Origin: Methanobacteriota archaeon
Lineage (GTDB): Archaea > Thermoplasmatota > Thermoplasmata > SG8-5 > DAIRED01
Length of the DNA stretch: 20,353 bases
Assembly: GCA_043799545.1 (NCBI GenBank)
Contig: JAZDNO010000001.1
Location: forward strand, 1 to 20,353
Direction: 5' to 3'
The position numbers were made by a program, and so were the translations under genes. The notes beneath the pieces were generated by a model. It saw nothing but the letters and a program-made list of their open reading frames with translations. It was not told the origin of the DNA and did no database searches. Below are positions 14,724-20,353 of the stretch, in pieces; positions within the stretch are counted from its first letter, which is position 1; each line of letters opens with the position of its first letter.

Positions 14724-16027
14724 AACAGGTATCCCCAAGTCATCAGCCTGTCGCCGTTCTCGTTCCATTTCTCCGCGATGTCGTTTCTGTAGAACATGTT
14801 CGGTATCGTTATGTTCTTGACGCGCGAGTATGCCTGCCTCCGGGCTTCGTCGACGGTCGTTCCGCCTCCTGTAACGACCAGCCCGTAACCTGAGATTCCG
14901 GCCATGACCCAGTCGTTCTCAACGAGCTTCACGTCCCCGAGATGTACTCCGTCCGCTGCGGGCTTCTTGAACTGAATCACCGCGCCCTCGGAGTACTTGC
15001 GGAACGCCGCCGGGTCGTTGAAAGGGAAAGGAGGAGTGGCGAGAACGACCCCCACCTGGAAACCGCGTCGCGCTTTCAGCTCGTGCCTTTCTCCGCGGGC
15101 CATCGCCGCGAGAGACTCGCCCCACGGACCCTGGACGCCCTCCATCTGTATCGATATCGTCGGGTAGCCGAACCGCGACGTGAACTCGAGCGGGTAGACG
15201 CCGCGCGAGTTTGCGATGCAGTTGATGTCTATGTAACCTACGTAGCCGGAGGCTGCGAGCTTCGGCTGCATCTTCGCCATCGTCTCGCGGAAGATGACGT
15301 TCGGCTGGGACCAGTACATCAGCGTTCCCATCTCGCCCGTCGAAGGCCCGATGTCCCCGGGGAACATTCGCTTGTGCTCGAAGTTCGTGCAGACGGGCAT
15401 CGCGAACTCCTTGCCGTTGAAAAATGCGCCGACGGCGACCTCGACTCCGTTGGCGTGCTTCTGGAGCTGGAATATCTTTATCAGCTTGCTCCAGCGCTTC
15501 TTGTAGAGCCGCAGGACTTCTATTACGTCCGCGCCGTCCTCCTCCTGCCCGACGAATAAAAGCTCCTTCTGGTCCTCCGCCTCGCCCGAGGGCTTTATGA
15601 CGTAGCGGTCCGGCTTTTCCTTCACGAATTTTATCGCCTCGTCGAAGTCCGTGAACTGCCACTTAGGGAGGATGTTTATCCCCGCGGACTTCAGCTCGTC
15701 CTGCCCGAAGTCGCGGTCGTCCTCCAGCCTGTCGGTGTATGCGCTCCCGCCAACCACCGCATTGCCGTCCTTGCGAAGCGCGTCCGCGATTTCGCCAAAG
15801 CCGATGTCATCGAAAACTACGACGTCCGCCCATCCTTTGTGCGGTTCCCATGCGTCCACTTTTTCGACGAAGCCGTCGCAGACGTCCTTCTGGCACTTCT
15901 CGGATATGAAGTAGCGCACTTCGTGCCCCTCCTTCCTCACCTGCCAGGCCAGGTCGCCGATGAGGGCGTCCTTCGAAACGAACAGGAACTTGAGCTTGGG
16001 TTTTTCTGGAGGCGAGTCGTTTCCCAT
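14720..16027 (-). CDS. PurD-like (GARS-family) ATP-grasp enzyme, atypical
   Basis: LEDDRDFG, YVIKPSG, EHKRMFPGDIGPSTGEMG, LEFTSRFGYP and YRNDIA. The canonical GxGGREHA N-terminal motif is absent. Confidence 0.8.
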   Translation of the reverse strand: MGNDSPPEKPKLKFLFVSKDALIGDLAWQVRKEGHEVRYFISEKCQKDVCDGFVEKVDAWEPHKGWADVVVFDDIGFGEIADALRKDGNAVVGGSAYTDRLEDDRDFGQDELKSAGINILPKWQFTDFDEAIKFVKEKPDRYVIKPSGEAEDQKELLFVGQEEDGADVIEVLRLYKKRWSKLIKIFQLQKHANGVEVAVGAFFNGKEFAMPVCTNFEHKRMFPGDIGPSTGEMGTLMYWSQPNVIFRETMAKMQPKLAASGYVGYIDINCIANSRGVYPLEFTSRFGYPTISIQMEGVQGPWGESLAAMARGERHELKARRGFQVGVVLATPPFPFNDPAAFRKYSEGAVIQFKKPAADGVHLGDVKLVENDWVMAGISGYGLVVTGGGTTVDEARRQAYSRVKNITIPNMFYRNDIAEKWNENGDRLMTWGYLF

Positions 16028-16031
16028 TTTC

Positions 16032-16793
16032 TCACGACCGAGGGATGCGCGGCGATTTCATTAACTTACCCTTGAATGATCCAATGTTTTTATTTTCGGA
16101 CTTGAGATAAGTTCGCCATCGCGGAAGGATTTTCCTCATCAGCGGATGGAGCCGCTCGTGGCCCGTGAAAGGCGGATACTCCCCACCGTTCAGGCGCACC
16201 CTCAGCTCCTCGTCGGCTATGAGCTGGATTATCGCGTGGTCCAATTCCTTGGTTTCGAAATACGAATGCAATATCTCGTGCCACAGATAGACTGTGGTAT
16301 AGTTCGGCCAGTCTTCGCTGTGCCCCCAGGCTATCTTGCCTCCGCCGAGGCTCATCCCGTTCTTCAGGCTCGGGTGGGTAATGTAGGCTGTGAATTTCCT
16401 TGCGAGGTCCAGGCCGGTGATCTCATGTATGATGGATTCTGCGCGTTCGGCGTTCGAGTGCCACTGTTGCTCGCAAACCGAAAGATATTCCTCGGTGCTC
16501 TCGCGGACCGGGGAATATTCCTCAGAGGCTTTGAGCGCGGAGAAGAACATTGGCAATTCCGTTGACAGAGCCGAGATGTTGCGAAGCGCCAGGCTGTCCG
16601 GCGACGCCCATCCCACCAGCAGTTCGTAGCATGTCTTCGACTGTTTCCAGGCTCGGGACTGGAAATCCCCGAGTTCCTTCCCGTCAACCTTTGACGAGAA
16701 CCTGCCAGCATGCACGTTGGAGAGAGTATGCGCGACAAGGTAATTGTCGTCAATCTTGAACGTCAGCTTCATCTCGTGAGGTGTATGAATCAT
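16032..16793 (-). CDS. Hypothetical protein with an HEXXH motif (putative zinc metallopeptidase)
   Basis: LWHEILHSYF is followed by a candidate third ligand in IADEELR. The start forms an ATGA overlap with the upstream gene. Confidence 0.65.
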   Translation of the reverse strand: MIHTPHEMKLTFKIDDNYLVAHTLSNVHAGRFSSKVDGKELGDFQSRAWKQSKTCYELLVGWASPDSLALRNISALSTELPMFFSALKASEEYSPVRESTEEYLSVCEQQWHSNAERAESIIHEITGLDLARKFTAYITHPSLKNGMSLGGGKIAWGHSEDWPNYTTVYLWHEILHSYFETKELDHAIIQLIADEELRVRLNGGEYPPFTGHERLHPLMRKILPRWRTYLKSENKNIGSFKGKLMKSPRIPRS

Positions 16794-17869
16794 GAGTTTT
16801 TATCGTTTTCCTTCCGACTTGCTCCTTTCCACCTCATTGCGAGAAGCGCGATCTCGATGGCTATTAGCGCGGCGCAGGCATTCAGAAAAATTATCGCGAC
16901 CCCCATCCTCGTCGGGTCCTTCGCGAAGCGGATTACGAAGATGTCGCGCGCCGGCGGCTCATAACCATCCCAAAGGTCCGCATAGTGGAGGAAGATGGGT
17001 TCCCCCGTAATCGCAAAAAGTTCCCGGAGCTGGGCAATGTGAAGCTCGTGGTACCCTTCGCTCGAGACCGACCCTTGGATGTTGTATATGCTGTAGCGGC
17101 CGTTGTCGTACGACGGCAATCCGGCATCAAGGGCTCGCACGCCCAAATCGAAAAAAGCTTTCGCCTCGGCGCTTCCGGTCAGGTTGTAAAAATCGTGGAG
17201 GCCGATGAGCGTAGCCATCATGCCGTTCAGCACCCTCGGCTGGGTCCCGCCATCGTCCGCGTATTCTTCGTACCACCAGCCGTCAGCGGATTTGTAGGTG
17301 AAGCCTCCGTCGCCGTTGCCGATGTAGAAAGAGTTGAGCGCGAGCTGGGATGCATTGGCATACGCCGAATCGTTTGTCAGCGCTTGCGCCCTCGCCAACA
17401 CCTGCAAAAAGAGCCCTTGGGCCATCCCGGAGCGCCATGGGGCGGTCATGTTGCAGGCCGGCCAGGGATAGCCGTATTCCAGAAACGAGCAGTTGCCAAT
17501 CACCGTCGAGTTGCCGACCAACCAATCTACGCAATTTAGGAACGGCTGCAAAGCGGAGCCGTCCCCGGAAGCGCCTTCTTCATAATATTCGAGCGCCACC
17601 TGTGCGACGGTCACGGGGTTTCTCTGGACGCCTATGTCCGCGCCGTATGCGCTGCCGTAATCGGAAAGCGGTATGCCCCGCTCGTCAATCGTGATTATAA
17701 TGGCATCCCCCCGCGTCTCCTTGACGAAAACAGACGATATCGCATCCCTCGACGGTGCCTCCGTCGCGTTCGAAACGATGAGAGCCACGGTAATCGAGAT
17801 GGCAATTAAAATCAATCGGCGCTTTAGCCATTCCTTTGTGACGTATTTCTTGAGACGCGACGGCATCAT
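16790..17869 (-). CDS. Membrane-anchored D-glucuronyl C5-epimerase C-terminal-domain protein
   Basis: APWRSGMAQG, WYEEY, VLNGMMATLIGLHD, LPSYDNG.YS.Y and YHELHIAQL, with hydrophobic helices at both termini. Confidence 0.85.
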   Translation of the reverse strand: MMPSRLKKYVTKEWLKRRLILIAISITVALIVSNATEAPSRDAISSVFVKETRGDAIIITIDERGIPLSDYGSAYGADIGVQRNPVTVAQVALEYYEEGASGDGSALQPFLNCVDWLVGNSTVIGNCSFLEYGYPWPACNMTAPWRSGMAQGLFLQVLARAQALTNDSAYANASQLALNSFYIGNGDGGFTYKSADGWWYEEYADDGGTQPRVLNGMMATLIGLHDFYNLTGSAEAKAFFDLGVRALDAGLPSYDNGRYSIYNIQGSVSSEGYHELHIAQLRELFAITGEPIFLHYADLWDGYEPPARDIFVIRFAKDPTRMGVAIIFLNACAALIAIEIALLAMRWKGASRKENDKNS

Positions 17870-17905
17870 CGTTCCAAGCCTGCAAATTGGATATCGGTCA
17901 TCGAC

Positions 17906-18961
17906 CTAAAAAGCTTCGCGCATCGACGACCCCGTCCCCGGTCCTTTGGGCCACAGCATCCCGTCTCTGAAGTCGAGCGGATGGCACACGTCCTTCACCA
18001 GCATGAACTGCGAGTCAAGGTCCGCCCATTTGACCAAGTGGGAGTTGGCGCTCGCGAAGTGCAGCGCCCCAGCCAGCGAGACGCCAGATTCGCCCATGCA
18101 GCCAATGAGAGCGCGCGCACCCCGCTCCGCAAGGATGTCGGCAATCTTGCACGCGGGGCGGATTCCGCCGCACTTCATCAGCTTGATGTTGAAGAGGCTC
18201 ACTCCCTTGTCCAGCAGCGCCTCGTAGTCGCGCATCGATTTGACGGACTCGTCGGCCATTATCGGAACCGGGGACTCCTTCGCAAGCTTTGCCAGGGAAT
18301 CGACATCGTCCGCCAATACGGGCTGCTCGACGAACTCGACCTCATTCTCCGCCGCCGCCTCTGCGAACCTCATCGCCCGCGCGAAATCGTACCCCTGGTT
18401 CGCGTCGCACCAGAGCCGCACGGACGGACCGACGGCCTCCCTGACGGCGCGGACCGTCTCGATGTCCCGACCGATCTCTGCCCCGACCTTGAGCTTCAAT
18501 GCGCGGAAGTCCTTGGCGAGCGCCGTTGCCTTGGCCGCGGCCTCCTCGGAGCCCATCAATCCTATAGTCATGTCAGTGAGGAGTGGCTCATCGGAACCGC
18601 CCAGCATCTCTCCCACGGATTGGCCAATCCCCTTTGCCAGCGCATCGTGGAATGCTATGTCGATTCCGGCCCTGACCGCCGGAGCCGCGGGCGCCTCTCG
18701 TTCCAAGAAATCCATCAAGATCTGTGCGCTGGAGAAGTTCCTGCCGGCGAGCTTTGCCTTGAGCACGAACAGCGATGACGATATGCTCTCCCGGGTTTCA
18801 GCCGTGACGCTGTTCGCGGAGCTGGCTCCCAACCCCATGATGCCCTCCAAGGAAAGACGGACGATGGCGCACCTCACGGTGTCCGACGAGCCCGTAGCTA
18901 TCGAAAAGCGCTCCTTCCTCGGAAGCTCCGCCATTTTGAAATCGAGGGTATCTATTCGCAC
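17906..18961 (-). CDS. Dipeptide epimerase (L-Ala-D/L-Glu epimerase-like), enolase superfamily MLE subgroup
   Basis: RFSIATGS, KLKVG, DANQG, EQP, ADES, NIKLMKCGG and DLD. Confidence 0.9.
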   Translation of the reverse strand: MRIDTLDFKMAELPRKERFSIATGSSDTVRCAIVRLSLEGIMGLGASSANSVTAETRESISSSLFVLKAKLAGRNFSSAQILMDFLEREAPAAPAVRAGIDIAFHDALAKGIGQSVGEMLGGSDEPLLTDMTIGLMGSEEAAAKATALAKDFRALKLKVGAEIGRDIETVRAVREAVGPSVRLWCDANQGYDFARAMRFAEAAAENEVEFVEQPVLADDVDSLAKLAKESPVPIMADESVKSMRDYEALLDKGVSLFNIKLMKCGGIRPACKIADILAERGARALIGCMGESGVSLAGALHFASANSHLVKWADLDSQFMLVKDVCHPLDFRDGMLWPKGPGTGSSMREAF

Positions 18962-18991
18962 AGGCGATAATCGGCGAGGGGGTTGATATCC

Positions 18992-20353
18992 CTAGCGCCC
19001 TTCCTCCCACTTTCCGAGCGTCCGCTTCAGATTGTGGTGGCACGCATCCCTCAGGTCGCAGCCTGGGCACTTCGGGCTCCTCGGCAGGCAGGTCTCCTGT
19101 CCGTGCCGCACCATGAGGCGGTTGATTTCAATCCAGTGCCGTTGCGGGACCACTCTCTCCAGCTCGACTTCGGTCTCCTCGGGCTCCTTTGTCGAAACGA
19201 GGCCGAGCCTGTTGGAAATCCTGTGGACGTGCACGTCGACCGGTATCGCCGGGATTCCGTAGCCGTAGACGAGGACGCAGTTCGCTGTCTTGCGGCCGAC
19301 CGCTGGAATCGTCAGCAGCTTTTCCATCTCGCGGGGGACAACTCCGCTAAAGTCGTCCATAATTTTAGCAGCTGCAGCCTTGAGGTAGCGAGCCTTCGTC
19401 TTGTAGAATCCAGATGGCTTGACCAGGCGCTCGACGTCTGCCGTCGGTGCCTTGGCCAGTTTCTCCGCGGTGTCGTAAACGCCGAAGAGCGCCACAGACG
19501 CCTTGTGCGTGCTCTCGTCCCGGGTACGCTGCGAGAGGATTGTCGAAATCAGGACATGGAAAGGGTCGCGCGAGGCGATTTCCACATCCTCGTTCCCGCC
19601 AACGTCCCTCCCGGGGAACGCCCCAGCACCGTAGAGCTTGCGCATCCTGGCGACCAGCTCGCGCGGCTCGGGCCTGCGCATCTCAAGGATTGCCAGCGCC
19701 TCCCCGACGACGAAGAGAGAGCCGCACGCGAGGACCATGTCTTTCGGCCCCGCGCGGTCGGCGGCCAAGGCGAGCGCGTCGGCGATTGTCGGGGCGATGG
19801 CGACCGGTTTTCCCGAGACCATCGCCGCCAGCTTCCCCGGCTCGATTGCGCGTGAGTATCTCGGGCGCGTTGCGACTACCTCGTCCGCGAGCGGTGCGAC
19901 CGCATCCAGGTATCCGCGATGGTCCTTGTCCTTCATCATTCCTACGACGAGGATGAGGCGGTCATAGGCGAACGTCTCGGTTATCGTCTTGGCGAGGGCG
20001 CGCGCGCCCTGAGGATTGTGCCCGCCGTCAAGAACGACAAGCGGCTTCGTGCGCCAAACGTGAAGGCGGCCTGGCCAAACGGCATTTGCCAAACCGCCCC
20101 TGGCGGCCTTCTGCGAGATGCCAAAACCGATGGAGGCTTCCAAAGCCGCGAGAGCCATCGAGGCGTTGGCGAGCTGGAACTCGCCCACGAGCGGGATGTC
20201 GTACTCCCCCGACAGGCCCCCGAATCCCAAGTATGAGAATTTCTGGCGTGTGGAATTTTTCCTGCCAGGCTCCGCCTTGAAATGGAAATCCCTGCCCAAA
20301 CGGAGGACTTTGGAGCCGCGTTCCCCGGCGATGCGCTCGACGACCTCCAAGGC
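18992..20353 (-). CDS. FolC (folylpolyglutamate synthase-like Mur ligase) C-terminal part fused in frame to endonuclease III; 5' end outside the window
   Basis: FolC motifs: GEFQLANA, WPGRL, LDGGHNP, MMKDKD, CGSLFVVGE. Nth motifs (18992-19681): LISTILSQRT, HhH IPAVGRKTA, VDVHV, C-x6-C-x2-C-x5-C. There is no stop between the two parts. Confidence 0.85.
   Translation of the reverse strand, partial: ALEVVERIAGERGSKVLRLGRDFHFKAEPGRKNSTRQKFSYLGFGGLSGEYDIPLVGEFQLANASMALAALEASIGFGISQKAARGGLANAVWPGRLHVWRTKPLVVLDGGHNPQGARALAKTITETFAYDRLILVVGMMKDKDHRGYLDAVAPLADEVVATRPRYSRAIEPGKLAAMVSGKPVAIAPTIADALALAADRAGPKDMVLACGSLFVVGEALAILEMRRPEPRELVARMRKLYGAGAFPGRDVGGNEDVEIASRDPFHVLISTILSQRTRDESTHKASVALFGVYDTAEKLAKAPTADVERLVKPSGFYKTKARYLKAAAAKIMDDFSGVVPREMEKLLTIPAVGRKTANCVLVYGYGIPAIPVDVHVHRISNRLGLVSTKEPEETEVELERVVPQRHWIEINRLMVRHGQETCLPRSPKCPGCDLRDACHHNLKRTLGKWEEGR

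Overview
Archaeal chromosomal window, most likely an uncultured Thermoplasmatota lineage. This assignment is inferred from the archaeal deoxyhypusine synthase, the DUF835 and KaiC-like proteins, BRE/TATA promoters and a tRNA without encoded CCA. The left ~750 bp is AT-rich (about 34% GC over 1-360 by hand count, versus roughly 60-65% in spot counts of core genes) and abuts the 3' end of tRNA-Glu(CTC), as expected at an island edge. The most unusual element surrounds that tRNA. Three related ~50-55 nt hairpins lie between the putative promoter and the tRNA, reuse its GCTCCCGTAG 5' end and show compensatory base changes. Two are capped by c(UGCG)g tetraloops on the tRNA strand. A fourth hairpin downstream carries a copy of the tRNA 3' end. 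The coding content is a TSP3-repeat surface protein, a helical-repeat/Zn-ribbon protein overlapping dys, a membrane RING-like/DUF835 protein, ubiX, a KaiC-like ATPase, a STAND-TPR ATPase with a small partner, a divergent AbfD/HpaB-family protein, a 22-aa Lys-rich microprotein missed by the ORF track, and an SDR. A minus-strand run follows: FolC-endonuclease III fusion, dipeptide epimerase, C5-epimerase-domain membrane protein, HEXXH protein and PurD-like ATP-grasp enzyme. A structured intergenic repeat occurs twice (3445-3525, 6130-6205), the first copy within a 76-bp tandem expansion. All family calls come from motif recognition without database searches.
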